From: Desulfohalobiaceae bacterium
GTDB taxonomy: Bacteria; Desulfobacterota; Desulfovibrionia; Desulfovibrionales; Desulfothermaceae
Direction: 5' to 3'
Length of the DNA: 64,000 bases
Assembly (NCBI GenBank): GCA_027013815.1
Contig: JALWFY010000111.1
Location: forward strand, 46,642 to 110,641
Made by a program: the position numbers and the translations under genes. This document shows, piece after piece, positions 27,992 through 38,111 of this stretch (the stretch's first letter is position 1; each line of letters begins with the position of its first letter). The notes beneath the pieces were generated by a model. That model made no database searches. It saw only the letters and a list, made by a program, of their open reading frames with translations, and was not told the DNA's origin.

Positions 27992-28499
27992 ATCTTTTTC
28001 CTTTTATCATTAAAATAATAAACAAAAACCCCCCTATTGAAATCGCCATATCAGCAATATTAAAGGCAGGCCAATGATATTTACCAATGTAGATATCAAT
28101 AAAGTCTGTAACAGACCCAAATAAGATTCTATCTATTAGGTTTCCTATAGCACCACCTAGGATCAAACCTAGAGGTATATGAACAGTTGAATCTCTATGA
28201 CCTTCAGTGATTATAAGATAAAAAATTACACCTATGGCTATTATGGTAATTATTGATAAAATCCATGATTGATGCATGGATGGATTATTGAATATACCAA
28301 AGGCTATTCCCCTGTTCTTTATGTGTACAAGGTCTATAAGACCTGGTATTACAATGACCTTTGAATACAGAGGGATAAATTGTACAATAAGATATTTCGA
28401 TATTTGATCCAAAAAGATGATAATTAAAGCAGTTACTATTGAAGGGCCAATTTTTCTAAAATCTATCTTTTTTTTCATTATATCATTGCCCATCCTCAA
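27972..28499 (-). CDS. lspA: lipoprotein signal peptidase II
   Basis: FLDQISKYL, VHIKNRGIAFG, GGAIGNLIDR, VTDFID, WPAFNIADMAI motifs. Start uncertain (TTG 28499, ATG 28493 or ATG 28478). Confidence 0.9.
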   Translation of the reverse strand: MRMGNDIMKKKIDFRKIGPSIVTALIIIFLDQISKYLIVQFIPLYSKVIVIPGLIDLVHIKNRGIAFGIFNNPSMHQSWILSIITIIAIGVIFYLIITEGHRDSTVHIPLGLILGGAIGNLIDRILFGSVTDFIDIYIGKYHWPAFNIADMAISIGGFLFIILMIKGKRYAPNSN

Positions 28500-28504
28500 A
28501 CAAA

Positions 28505-28522
28505 GGGGGTGTTACACCTCCC
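28505..28522 (-). terminator. terminator/attenuator-like hairpin in the ileS-lspA spacer
   Basis: The minus strand reads GGGAGGUG-UAA-CACCCCC (6 bp plus one mismatch) followed by UUUGUUUG, 5 nt before the lspA ORF. Confidence 0.3.
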
Positions 28523-28546
28523 TTAATCATTAATTTGTCCTTAGCC

Positions 28547-28643
28547 AAGCTTTGCTCCGCTTTTCTGGCTTCGCCTATTACAAGAATTTTATCCCTTATT
28601 AAGGTTGGCCTTTCAGGCCAAGATAAGTGGAACAGAGTTCCTC
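28547..28643. repeat. copy B of the ~97-nt structured intergenic repeat (copy A at 16776-16873)
   Basis: Same block order as copy A. The TTGGCC/GGCCAA stem is conserved with a different loop (TTTCA versus TAAAA). Confidence 0.6.
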
Positions 28644-28654
28644 TTATCTATTGT

Positions 28655-31465
28655 TTAATCTAATTTTTTTAATACACTAACACATCTTGAGCATACATCC
28701 ATATGCACAGGGTCTACCCCAATCTCATCTGAGTACACCCAACACCTAGCACATTTTTCACCTCTGGCTTTTTCCACGCATATACCCAATCCAGGGACAT
28801 CTTCACTTTGGAAACATTCACCTTGTATCTCTCCTTGTCTTAATACCTCCACCTTTGAAACAATAAATACTTCCCTTAAAAAGTCTTTAATTGGCTCCAA
28901 TTTATCATATAGTTCAGCATTTAAAAACAGCTTTACATGACAATCTAGAGAATGCCCAACAACCCCATCTTTTCTCTTGGGCTCTATGGATTTTGTGACC
29001 TCCCCTTTTATCTTCTTTACCAATTCCCACAAATCAATTTCTTGATCACTTATTTGAAAGTCAAGGTCCTTAAACCTAAGTTCAAATACACTCTTCCCTG
29101 TCTTATCAAAACTCTCAGGAAGGTCCTGATAGATCTCTTCTGCTGTAAAGCTCAAAACAGGAGCCATATCCAAAAGTAGTGTGTTGAGGATATGATACAG
29201 TGCACTCTGAGCAGAACGCCTCTCTATGGAATCTGGATGAGATACATAGAGCCTTTCTTTAATTATATCAAGATAAAAAGAACTCAAGTCCACTACACAC
29301 ATATTATGCAGGGCATAATATACCTTATGGAATTCATAATTTCCATAACCATCTAAAATAGTTCTATGTCTATTATTCACTAACCATAGTCCATACCTAT
29401 CAAATGACAACATGTCCTTAGATTCAACTAGGTCTTTTTTGGGATCAAAGTCATATAAATTTCCCAGGATAAACCTACACGTATTCCTAATCTTTCTGTA
29501 AGTATCTATTAATTGTGAAATAATCTTATTTGAAATCCTTACATCGTCCCTGTAGTCTTCATAAGACGTCCACATCCTGAGGATCTCTGCACCATATTTA
29601 TCTATAATTTCTTGGGGCCTTATCACGTTTCCAATAGATTTAGACATCTTTCTTCCCTGTCCATCTACCACATATCCATGGGTCAGTACTGCCCTGTATG
29701 GGGCAGTTCCCCTTGTCCCCACTGCTGCAAGGAGTGAACTATGAAACCATCCCCTGTGCTGGTCTGAACCTTCTAGATATAAATCTGCTGGGAATCCAAG
29801 CTCTTCTCTTTTTTCCAACACAGCGGCAAAACTAGTACCTGAATCAAACCACACATCTAATATATCTGTCTCTTTTCTGAACTCATGACTCCCACAATGC
29901 TCACACTTTAGACCAGGAGGCATAATTTCTTGTAAAGGTACTTCAAACCAATAATCAGCACCCCTCTCATGGGTCTCAAACTTTTCCACAATACCTTTCA
30001 CCCACTCTGGATCAAAATATGCCTCACCACATTTCTTACATATAAGGGCAATAATAGGGACCCCCCACGACCTTTGTCTGGATATACACCAATCAGGCCT
30101 AGATGCCACCATATTATAAATCCTCTGCATACCCCAAGATGGTATCCACTTCACATCCTTTTCAATAATCTCAAGGGATTTCTTTCTTAAGTCATTTGCC
30201 TCCATAGAAATAAACCATTGAAGGGTTGCCCTAAATATTACAGGTTTTTTACACCTCCAACAATGGGGATAAGAGTGTTTTAGCTTCCCATGATATAAAA
30301 GGTTCCCAACCTCTTTCAACTTCTCTATTACCTTTGGATTTGCATCAAATACAAAATCCCCTGCAAAAAATTCCACATTGTCTAAAAATCTCCCACTATC
30401 ATCAAGGGGAGATAATATCTCTAAGTCATATTTCAGGCCTGTGTCATAATCTTCTCTACCATGACCAGGCGCTGTGTGCACGCAGCCAGTACCAGTATCC
30501 AAAGTAACATAATCTGCAAGTACAAACCTTGAGTCCCTATCATAAAATGGATGACAAGCACATAGAGATTCAAGTTCCCTTCCCTTGACATTCGAAAGGA
30601 TATCATACCCATCCCAATTAAAAAGGGTAGCACACTCATCTAATAGTTCCTTAGCCAGTAAATACACCTCATCACCAACTTTAACAAACACATATTCAAA
30701 GTCAGGATGAACTGCCACTCCCATGTTAGAGGGTAGGGTCCAGGGTGTGGTAGTCCAGATAACTACATAAGACCTCTTCTCAAAACCTGACACGAATTTT
30801 TCCAACCCTTTTTCTTTTAATGGAAACCTTACATAAATTGATGGGGACTCTTTATCATAATATTCTACTTCAGCCTCTGCCAAGGCTGTTTCACATGAAG
30901 GGCACCAATAAATGGGCTTTTTACTCCGTATAACTGATCCATTTTTCATAAAATTATAGAGTTCCTTTGCTGTAGCTGCCTCATAAACTGGGTCCATGGT
31001 AATATATGGAGCATCCCATTTCCCAAAAACTCCTAATCGTTTAAATTCTTCCCTTTGTATATTTAAATATTTTTTTGCATATTTTCTGCATCTATCCCTA
31101 ATCTCTATAACAGGTACATCCTTCTTAGATATCTCAAGTTCTTGTTCAACCTTTAGCTCAATGGGGAGCCCATGACAGTCCCAACCAGGCACAAATTCTG
31201 CTTTTTCTCCTTTAAGATTATGGAATTTGACAATTATGTCCTTTAAGATCTTATTCATTGCAGTTCCAAGGTGTATGTTACCGTTTGCATACGGAGGACC
31301 ATCATGAAGGATAAACTTCTTGTCTCCACTTCTGCCTTGTACCATCCTATTATATGCATCTATCTTTTCCCAAAAATCCAACATCTTTGGTTCGTTTTTT
31401 GGTAAATTTGCCTTCATAGGAAATTTAGTCTTAGGTAAGTTCAATGTGTCTTTGTAATCCTTCAT
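28655..31465 (-). CDS. ileS: isoleucine--tRNA ligase
   Basis: 936 aa. HIGH-type motif [21 protein letters not shown] motif, and a C-terminal zinc-finger pair (CARCWVY...CSRCVSV). Confidence 0.97.
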   Translation of the reverse strand: MKDYKDTLNLPKTKFPMKANLPKNEPKMLDFWEKIDAYNRMVQGRSGDKKFILHDGPPYANGNIHLGTAMNKILKDIIVKFHNLKGEKAEFVPGWDCHGLPIELKVEQELEISKKDVPVIEIRDRCRKYAKKYLNIQREEFKRLGVFGKWDAPYITMDPVYEAATAKELYNFMKNGSVIRSKKPIYWCPSCETALAEAEVEYYDKESPSIYVRFPLKEKGLEKFVSGFEKRSYVVIWTTTPWTLPSNMGVAVHPDFEYVFVKVGDEVYLLAKELLDECATLFNWDGYDILSNVKGRELESLCACHPFYDRDSRFVLADYVTLDTGTGCVHTAPGHGREDYDTGLKYDLEILSPLDDSGRFLDNVEFFAGDFVFDANPKVIEKLKEVGNLLYHGKLKHSYPHCWRCKKPVIFRATLQWFISMEANDLRKKSLEIIEKDVKWIPSWGMQRIYNMVASRPDWCISRQRSWGVPIIALICKKCGEAYFDPEWVKGIVEKFETHERGADYWFEVPLQEIMPPGLKCEHCGSHEFRKETDILDVWFDSGTSFAAVLEKREELGFPADLYLEGSDQHRGWFHSSLLAAVGTRGTAPYRAVLTHGYVVDGQGRKMSKSIGNVIRPQEIIDKYGAEILRMWTSYEDYRDDVRISNKIISQLIDTYRKIRNTCRFILGNLYDFDPKKDLVESKDMLSFDRYGLWLVNNRHRTILDGYGNYEFHKVYYALHNMCVVDLSSFYLDIIKERLYVSHPDSIERRSAQSALYHILNTLLLDMAPVLSFTAEEIYQDLPESFDKTGKSVFELRFKDLDFQISDQEIDLWELVKKIKGEVTKSIEPKRKDGVVGHSLDCHVKLFLNAELYDKLEPIKDFLREVFIVSKVEVLRQGEIQGECFQSEDVPGLGICVEKARGEKCARCWVYSDEIGVDPVHMDVCSRCVSVLKKLD

Positions 31466-31547
31466 TTTTTCTACCCCTTAAAAAAATTTTATTCTTGTTA
31501 TATTTTCCATCCTATGTAGTTGAATAATTTTCAATCAAAAATTACCT

Positions 31548-32378
31548 TTATAACTGTTTCAATATCTCTATTATTAATCTCTGTAAAATCCTACCGCTTT
31601 TTTTTGCCTGATTTACCACATATTCAAAAGAGGTCTCATTCATACAATCTGGTAGATTTTTATTTGTCAAACAGGAGAGACCTAACACCTTTAGGCCCAT
31701 ATGTCTAGCAGCTATAACCTCCATTACAGTGGACATCCCAACCGCATCCCCACCCAATCTCCTAAGGGCCCTTGTCTCAGCTGGGGTCTCTAAACTTGGC
31801 CCTAAGACTCCAACATATACTCCTCTATCTAGCCTCACTCCAATATTTATTCCACAGGAAATAGCAAGGGATATCAATCCTTCATCATATACCTTAGACA
31901 TATCTGGAAACCTATCTCCAAGCTCATCTATATTCTCACCCCTTAAAGGATTATGGCCAGTTAAATTTATATGATCTGTAATAACCATTATGTTTCCTTC
32001 TTCAAACTCAGGATTTAGTGCCCCAGCTGCATTTGTAATAATAATGGTCTGCGTCCCCATCATTGCAAGCACCCTTATGCCAAAACATACCTCCTCTGCA
32101 CTATAACCTTCATACAAATGAACTCTACCCTGCAAAATAGCTATCCTTTTATTATTTATCTCTCCGAGTATAAGTCTCCCCTTATGTCCTTCAACAGTAG
32201 AAATAGGGAACTTTGGAATATCACTATAGGCCATTTCTTCTCTTCCTTTGACCATTGAACATAAATCCCCAAGCCCTGTACCTAGGATAATACCAACCTC
32301 TGGCCATGGACCTGACTCCATATTCTCTTTAAGGAACTTACAAGCCTCGTGTAGATAAACCAAAATTTTCTTTGACAT
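31548..32378 (-). CDS. purine-nucleoside phosphorylase (trimeric PNP/MTAP family)
   Basis: 276 aa. GIILGTGLG, VEGHKGRLILG, TNAAGALN, GPSLETPAE and VGMSTVMEV motifs are typical of PunA/MTAP-type phosphorylases. Confidence 0.82.
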   Translation of the reverse strand: MSKKILVYLHEACKFLKENMESGPWPEVGIILGTGLGDLCSMVKGREEMAYSDIPKFPISTVEGHKGRLILGEINNKRIAILQGRVHLYEGYSAEEVCFGIRVLAMMGTQTIIITNAAGALNPEFEEGNIMVITDHINLTGHNPLRGENIDELGDRFPDMSKVYDEGLISLAISCGINIGVRLDRGVYVGVLGPSLETPAETRALRRLGGDAVGMSTVMEVIAARHMGLKVLGLSCLTNKNLPDCMNETSFEYVVNQAKKSGRILQRLIIEILKQL

Positions 32379-32483
32379 ATGTTTTATACCTCATATATAC
32401 TTTTGTCTTAGAGTAACATCTTCAATTGTGTATATTTTTTATTCTCCATATAACTACAGTGACATCTCTATATCGAGAAACTA

Positions 32484-33245
32484 ATGGATATTGCAACCCT
32501 TTTTGGTATCATAATTGGATTTTCCCTACTCATCGGAGCCATAATACTTGGTGGCCAATATAATATTTTCCTAAACATACCTGGACTGATGATAGTAATA
32601 GGGGGGACATTCTCTGCTATTTGTATCACGTTTCCTATTTCAGAGATATATAATGCTGTAGTTGCTGCCTTTAAAATCTTTATTACAAGGAAATTAAAGG
32701 CAAACGAAGTAGTTAATCTAATGGTAAGGATTGCAGACATAAGTAGAAGAGAAGGGCTCCTTGCTCTGGAAAATATAGAGACCGACAACAATATCTTAAA
32801 AAAGACCTGTCAGTTAATTGCAGATAATGCAGATACAGATCTAATAGAAGAAACCCTACTAATTGAAATAACTTCCCTAAAACAGAGACATTTTATTGTT
32901 CAGGAAGTATTTAAACGCATGGCCAACTACGCACCTGCCTTTGGTATGGTAGGAACGCTCATAGGCCTCGTTCAAATGCTCTCTTCTCTAAAAAACCCTG
33001 ATGCAATCGGCCCAGCAATGGCAGTTGCTATTTTGACCACCTTTTATGGAAGCGTGTTATCTAATCTGCTCTTTCTTCCAATTGCCGGTAAATTAAAGAG
33101 TAGGACAACAGAGGAAATCCTACATTTACAGATTATATTTGAGGGAGCCAAATGTATTTTACAAAACAATAATCCACGTTTTGTGTACGAAAAACTTTCC
33201 TCCTTTGTGCCACCAAAGGAAAGATATTATGAAAGAAAAAAATAA
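32484..33245 (+). CDS. motA: flagellar motor stator protein MotA/PomA
   Basis: 253 aa with four TM segments. Conserved APAFGMVGTLIGLVQML plug/channel region. Confidence 0.87.
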   Translation: MDIATLFGIIIGFSLLIGAIILGGQYNIFLNIPGLMIVIGGTFSAICITFPISEIYNAVVAAFKIFITRKLKANEVVNLMVRIADISRREGLLALENIETDNNILKKTCQLIADNADTDLIEETLLIEITSLKQRHFIVQEVFKRMANYAPAFGMVGTLIGLVQMLSSLKNPDAIGPAMAVAILTTFYGSVLSNLLFLPIAGKLKSRTTEEILHLQIIFEGAKCILQNNNPRFVYEKLSSFVPPKERYYERKK

Positions 33246-33978
33246 AAACATATTAATGGATATAGATGACCTTACTGAGAACGAAGAGGAAGAAGGGACA
33301 TGGATGCAGACCTTTTCAGATATGAGCATGTTACTTCTCACCTTTTTTATCCTCATGTATTCATTTTCTTCTATTAATAAAAAGACGTTTAATAGTTATC
33401 TCTTATCAGTTAGAAGGGCCTTGGTATCTGGTGGGACATCCAAAATGCAGCTCCAAAAGGCCATGCTAAACAATGAAGAAGGGATATTGCTTCAAGAGGC
33501 AAGGCTCAGACACCAAATAATTGAACAACAAAGACAATTATTTTCTGATTTTAATCTTTACTATACAGAAAAAGGGATAGAGGGGTTAGTAGGGGCAAAA
33601 TTTGATAAGGGCAAGATAATTATTGGACTCAGTGGAGATGTGTTGTTCGCCCCTGGACAGGTAACACTTACACCTAAGGGAAAGGAAGTATTAAAAAAAC
33701 TAAAAAATTTTTTAATAATGCACCCCAATGAGGAAATAAATATTGTTGGACACACTGATGATGTACCCCCATCTCCTAAATCTAGGTTCAAAGACAATTG
33801 GGAGATCTCTGCCCTCAGGGCACTTAGTGTATTAAGATATCTAATATCTCTTGGAATAAATCCTGATCGGATGACTGCAACAGGCCTTGGTGACACCAAA
33901 CCCCTTGTACCGAACACCTCTCCAGAAAACCGCAAAAAAAATAGACGGGTAGAAATAATTTTAGAAAGGAACGTATAA
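33229..33978 (+). CDS. motB: flagellar motor stator protein MotB (OmpA-like peptidoglycan-binding C-terminus)
   Basis: Start at ATG 33229 (MKEKNKN...) overlaps the motA end. Conserved WMQTFSDMSMLLLTFFILM TM segment containing the essential Asp. C-terminal OmpA-like NWEISALRA...NRKKNRRVEI. Confidence 0.87.
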   Translation: MKEKNKNILMDIDDLTENEEEEGTWMQTFSDMSMLLLTFFILMYSFSSINKKTFNSYLLSVRRALVSGGTSKMQLQKAMLNNEEGILLQEARLRHQIIEQQRQLFSDFNLYYTEKGIEGLVGAKFDKGKIIIGLSGDVLFAPGQVTLTPKGKEVLKKLKNFLIMHPNEEINIVGHTDDVPPSPKSRFKDNWEISALRALSVLRYLISLGINPDRMTATGLGDTKPLVPNTSPENRKKNRRVEIILERNV

Positions 33979-33979
33979 T

Positions 33980-34396
33980 ATGGTTGATATATCGGCTCTA
34001 TGTATCATATACAAAGGTAGAATCGGAAAAAGGCGATGCTACCGGGTATATCATCCTGATTTGTTCTTAGAACTAGTTCTAGACAAAGGGGATACAGAAA
34101 GGTTTAAGGTAAAAGACCTTAGCACCTTTGGGGTTGCGTTTTATCCTGAAAAATATAAGAATGAATTTTTTATAGGAAAAAAATTAAATTTATCTATCAT
34201 ATTCAAGAAAGCATATATTATAAAAAATATTGAAGCCCAAGTTATCAGGATCTATAAAAAAGAGAAATTCAATCATAAAAGCGTAGTATGTTGTAAATTT
34301 ACAGAACTTCATAGAAAGCAAGAATATATAATAGATGAGCTCTGTGTTAGCATACAAAAAGAGCTACTATCACTTTCAAAAAAGGAGAAGGAATAG
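33980..34396 (+). CDS. PilZ domain protein
   Basis: 138 aa. RxxxR (RRCYR) followed by DxSxxG (DLSTFG). The start lies 1 nt after the motB stop. Confidence 0.65.
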   Translation: MVDISALCIIYKGRIGKRRCYRVYHPDLFLELVLDKGDTERFKVKDLSTFGVAFYPEKYKNEFFIGKKLNLSIIFKKAYIIKNIEAQVIRIYKKEKFNHKSVVCCKFTELHRKQEYIIDELCVSIQKELLSLSKKEKE

Positions 34397-34852
34397 ATGG
34401 CTGGGAGTTATAATAAAGTCATATTAATTGGTAGGCTGGGAAGGGACCCAGAACTCAGGTATACTGCATCAGGAACACCTGTGGCCAATTTTCCCATTGC
34501 CACTAGTGAAACCTATGTGGACAAGGACGGGAATAGGCAGGAAAAAACAGAATGGCACAGGGTAGTGGTATGGGCAAAACAGGCAGAAAGTGTATCAAAT
34601 TACCTTAGTAAGGGACGATTAGCCCTAGTAGAAGGTTCATTGCAAACCAGAAAATGGACAGACAACCAAGGACAGGAAAGATATACCACTGAAATTAGAG
34701 CACAACGGGTGATTTTTCTGGATTCACAGGGCACAATAGAAGAAAGATCTACTGTCCCTGGACCTGAGAAAAAGGACGTCTTTCACCAAGAAGAAGATCT
34801 GGGGCCTGCTTTTCCTTCTGAGGCCAGTGGTATTGACGAAGCTCCATTTTAA
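34397..34852 (+). CDS. ssb: single-stranded DNA-binding protein
   Basis: [18 protein letters not shown]...[11 protein letters not shown]-fold. Acidic C-terminal tip IDEAPF. The ATG directly abuts the preceding TAG. Confidence 0.94.
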   Translation: MAGSYNKVILIGRLGRDPELRYTASGTPVANFPIATSETYVDKDGNRQEKTEWHRVVVWAKQAESVSNYLSKGRLALVEGSLQTRKWTDNQGQERYTTEIRAQRVIFLDSQGTIEERSTVPGPEKKDVFHQEEDLGPAFPSEASGIDEAPF

Positions 34853-34866
34853 AATTTTTATTGTAA

Positions 34867-34894
34867 AGAAGAAAGGGAAATATCCCTTTCTTCT
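34867..34894. terminator. 11-bp stem hairpin between convergent ssb and the SNF2 helicase gene
   Basis: AGAAGAAAGGG - AAATAT - CCCTTTCTTCT. It overlaps the stop codon of the minus-strand helicase gene. Confidence 0.55.
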
Positions 34895-37800
34895 ATATCT
34901 CAAATAACATTTCCAGATCTTCACGTGTAAGGGACTTCCAGTGGTCTTGTCCAGGGATAATAGCCTCAGCCACACCCCTTTTCTTTTCCTGAAGTTTTAA
35001 AATCTTTTCTTCCACTGTGTTTTCACATATTAGCTTATAAGAAAATACCTTTTTGGTCTGCCCTATCCTATGAGTCCTGTCAGTGGCTTGGCTTTCCACT
35101 GCTGGATTCCACCACGGATCATAGTGAATTACATAATCTGCAGCAGTTAGATTTAAACCTGTTCCCCCAGCCTTTAAAGAAATAAGGAATATTGGAATAG
35201 TTGGATCATTATTAAAACGTTCTACCTGTTCAAACCTATCTTTACTAGACCCATCTAGATAAGAAAATGGGATCTTATTCATCTTAAGCCAAGCCCTGAT
35301 TATATGGAGCATTTGGACAAATTGGGAAAAGACCAACACCTTGTGCCCATCTTCAATTATCCCAGAGACCAAATTTTTAAATGCCTCAAACTTCCCTGAA
35401 GGCATATTAGTATTTATACCTGGCATATCTAGCTTTAACAGCCTGGGATGACAACATATTTGCCTTAGTCTGAGCAGGGCATCTAAAATGGACATCTGAC
35501 TCTGGGCAAGCCCCCTTTCCTCCACTTTTTTGAGTACTTGTTCCTTTAATTTCTTTGCAAGGGCTGTATACAGCTCTTTTTGTTCGTCCAAAAGTGCAGC
35601 ATAGTATACATGTTCTACTTTTGGAGGAAGTTCTTTGACCACTTCCTTTTTTGTCCTTCTCAGAATAAATGGTTTTACCCTGGCCCTTAAATATTCTAGG
35701 GCTTCTTCGTCTCCATCTTTAATGGGTTTTACAACGCTCTTTTGAAAACCATGTTGAGACCCCAAAAAGCCAGGCATCAAAAACTCAAACAAAGACCAGA
35801 GCTCAAACAAATTATTTTCTATTGGAGTTCCAGATAGACATACCTTAAACCTTGTATTTAATTTTCTCACAGACCTAGCAGTAATAGTATTCGGATTTTT
35901 TATGTTCTGAGCCTCATCTAAGATGACTGAGTCATACTCATATTTTAAGAGTTGTTCTAAGTCCCTTCTAATCAATGCGTAAGTAGTCAACACTATATCA
36001 CTTTCTGGAATCCTCTTAAATAAAGCATCCCTCCTCGTACCATAAATTATAAGGGTCCTCATATGTGGGACAAATTTATTTATCTCTTTCTGCCAGTTAG
36101 GAAGTACAGAGGTTGGTACTATTATTAAATTGGGTCCTTTTCCCCCTTTTTCTTTGACATGTTGTAGAAGAGCTAGGGTCTGAAGGGTCTTTCCCAGTCC
36201 CATTTCATCGGCAAGTATTCCTCCAAATCCATATTCCCTTAGAAAATTCAAAAAACTAACTCCTTGGAGCTGATACGGCCTGAGCTTGGCATTTAGGCCC
36301 TTTGGATGTTCTATCTGCTCTATTCTCTCAAAATGATGGATTCTTTCTTTTAAATGGTTCCAGAAGCTATTTGCCTCTACTTCGCTTGCCTCCTCTATAA
36401 TCTTATCCAAAATAGGGGCCTCATATTTCTTGAACTTCTTCTTTGGCGCAGAGTCCGGACTCATACCCATGGTCTGAAGCTTGTTTTTTAATCTCTTTAA
36501 CCAGGAATCAGGAAGACTGGCATATGAGCCATCCTTTAATTGAATATATCTCTTGCCCTGGGTCCACGCCTTCCAGATCTTTTCTATTGGTACTTTTATG
36601 TTGTCATATTCAACAGTCAATTTTAGATCAAACCAATCTTGATTTTCTCCCTCTGTATCTACACTGGCCACGATCCTAGGTTTGACGTGCCTTACCTTAA
36701 ACCTCGATAAATTCTTCTCTCCATAAACCCTATAGCGTTCTACAAGTTTGGGATAAAAATCCAGCAAAAAGTTGATGGCCCCTTCTGGCTCTAAAAACCA
36801 AATAGAATTATTCCTAGATTGAAAACCCATTTCAATAAGTTTGTTAATGAGTTCTTCTTCTGCCTTTTGATCCCTTTTAATCAAAAAAGATTGCCCCTCA
36901 AACTGATAACTACCAGTTTGAAAGTTGGGATTTATTTCTCCAACAATCACATCGCCATGTTCAGTTTCATACACATTTTGTATCTGTAAGGTAAGCAGAC
37001 TCCCTTCCTCATCCAAGAATAACTTTGGACTATACTTGGCAGAGACAAAGATAGGCTCCATGCGTTCCAAAAACTCTTCCTGTCCATATAAATTGGATGA
37101 ATGGATCTTTGACCAGACCCTATCTAAAAATTCTGAAAGTTCATTGTGTTGTATAGTTGGAGGTTCTTTTATAAGTCTCAATATCAAGTTAGAATCTAAG
37201 GTAGAATATACTGGATAAAAGGTCTTTTTCCATAACACCCATATTGGGAGCTGGCCATAGATATATATATCCTCTCCTGTTATAGGAAAAGGGACCTTGT
37301 CTTCATGGCTGAGCAACACCTCAAAGTTAAGGCCTTCATCTGACAATTTAGGACGTAATTTAAGCCTAAGGCTCTGGGAATTAATCCCTACAGGGATCTC
37401 GCTATCCTCCCAAAACAAATAAAACTCATCTTTTATTGACCACAAAAACCATGTCATTAACCCAGAAGGGATTTCTACCTTGTGTCCCAGGTAATCCAAA
37501 TACTGCCCAATTTGAAGTGCAACTTTAGGCAGGTCTGGAGAGAGTTCACACCACTCTGGATTATTTATTATTTGTTCTAAAGTAATTGGGTTCTGGACCT
37601 TTGAAAGGCCAGACTTATTCTGTCTTGCCCTAAAAAAAGAAACCAACAACCTTTTAGGCTCAGGAAAAAACCTCAGTATAAGATAATTATTTCCTGGTTC
37701 AGGTTCTGGAGACATAGAAAAAAATCCTCTAAAACACTGTCTCCAGTCAATTAGAGGAGCTGCTGGTTCCCCTTGACTACCATTTTTTAGCTTTTTTAAT

Positions 37801-38111
37801 AAAGAAACTAAAGTGGCACTCACATGGGGACATATTCCAGAAAAAGAGTCAGAGCAATTACAAAAATAAGTCACACTCCCTTCACTTAAATTTATTCCTA
37901 TCTCTGAATTATATACTTGGAAATCATCTCCTTGAATCAGACCCTCTATGTCCCAGTACTCTCCCCTTGTCTTTAAATCTATCTTTTCTATCCTATCCTG
38001 TATAGACTCTGCTTTTTCCCTAATATAATCGGGAATACTCTCTTCAATAAAAGACTCTGTAATCTCACATACCCTGTTCTTTGTCTCATTACTCACATGT
38101 TCCATACCCAT
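34893..38111 (-). CDS. SNF2-family helicase/ATPase with an N-terminal SWIM zinc finger
   Basis: 1072 aa. SWIM motif CNCSDSFSGICPHV. SNF2 motifs ILADEMGLGKT (I), DEAQNIKN (II), SGTPIENN (III). C-terminal helicase domain with QATDRTHRIGQ. Confidence 0.88.
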   Translation of the reverse strand: MGMEHVSNETKNRVCEITESFIEESIPDYIREKAESIQDRIEKIDLKTRGEYWDIEGLIQGDDFQVYNSEIGINLSEGSVTYFCNCSDSFSGICPHVSATLVSLLKKLKNGSQGEPAAPLIDWRQCFRGFFSMSPEPEPGNNYLILRFFPEPKRLLVSFFRARQNKSGLSKVQNPITLEQIINNPEWCELSPDLPKVALQIGQYLDYLGHKVEIPSGLMTWFLWSIKDEFYLFWEDSEIPVGINSQSLRLKLRPKLSDEGLNFEVLLSHEDKVPFPITGEDIYIYGQLPIWVLWKKTFYPVYSTLDSNLILRLIKEPPTIQHNELSEFLDRVWSKIHSSNLYGQEEFLERMEPIFVSAKYSPKLFLDEEGSLLTLQIQNVYETEHGDVIVGEINPNFQTGSYQFEGQSFLIKRDQKAEEELINKLIEMGFQSRNNSIWFLEPEGAINFLLDFYPKLVERYRVYGEKNLSRFKVRHVKPRIVASVDTEGENQDWFDLKLTVEYDNIKVPIEKIWKAWTQGKRYIQLKDGSYASLPDSWLKRLKNKLQTMGMSPDSAPKKKFKKYEAPILDKIIEEASEVEANSFWNHLKERIHHFERIEQIEHPKGLNAKLRPYQLQGVSFLNFLREYGFGGILADEMGLGKTLQTLALLQHVKEKGGKGPNLIIVPTSVLPNWQKEINKFVPHMRTLIIYGTRRDALFKRIPESDIVLTTYALIRRDLEQLLKYEYDSVILDEAQNIKNPNTITARSVRKLNTRFKVCLSGTPIENNLFELWSLFEFLMPGFLGSQHGFQKSVVKPIKDGDEEALEYLRARVKPFILRRTKKEVVKELPPKVEHVYYAALLDEQKELYTALAKKLKEQVLKKVEERGLAQSQMSILDALLRLRQICCHPRLLKLDMPGINTNMPSGKFEAFKNLVSGIIEDGHKVLVFSQFVQMLHIIRAWLKMNKIPFSYLDGSSKDRFEQVERFNNDPTIPIFLISLKAGGTGLNLTAADYVIHYDPWWNPAVESQATDRTHRIGQTKKVFSYKLICENTVEEKILKLQEKKRGVAEAIIPGQDHWKSLTREDLEMLFEI

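Noticed and set aside
32379-32483. Possible sigma-28 (FliA) promoter upstream of motA
   Set aside because: I looked for TAAA-N15-GCCGATAA. The best candidate (TAAC-N15-ATATCGAG) matches poorly, so no promoter is called.
34893-38111. SNF2 helicase as part of a phage-defence island or mobile element
   Set aside because: No neighbouring methyltransferase, nuclease, integrase, tRNA-flanked boundary or direct repeats were seen. The flanking genes are core (ssb, rel).
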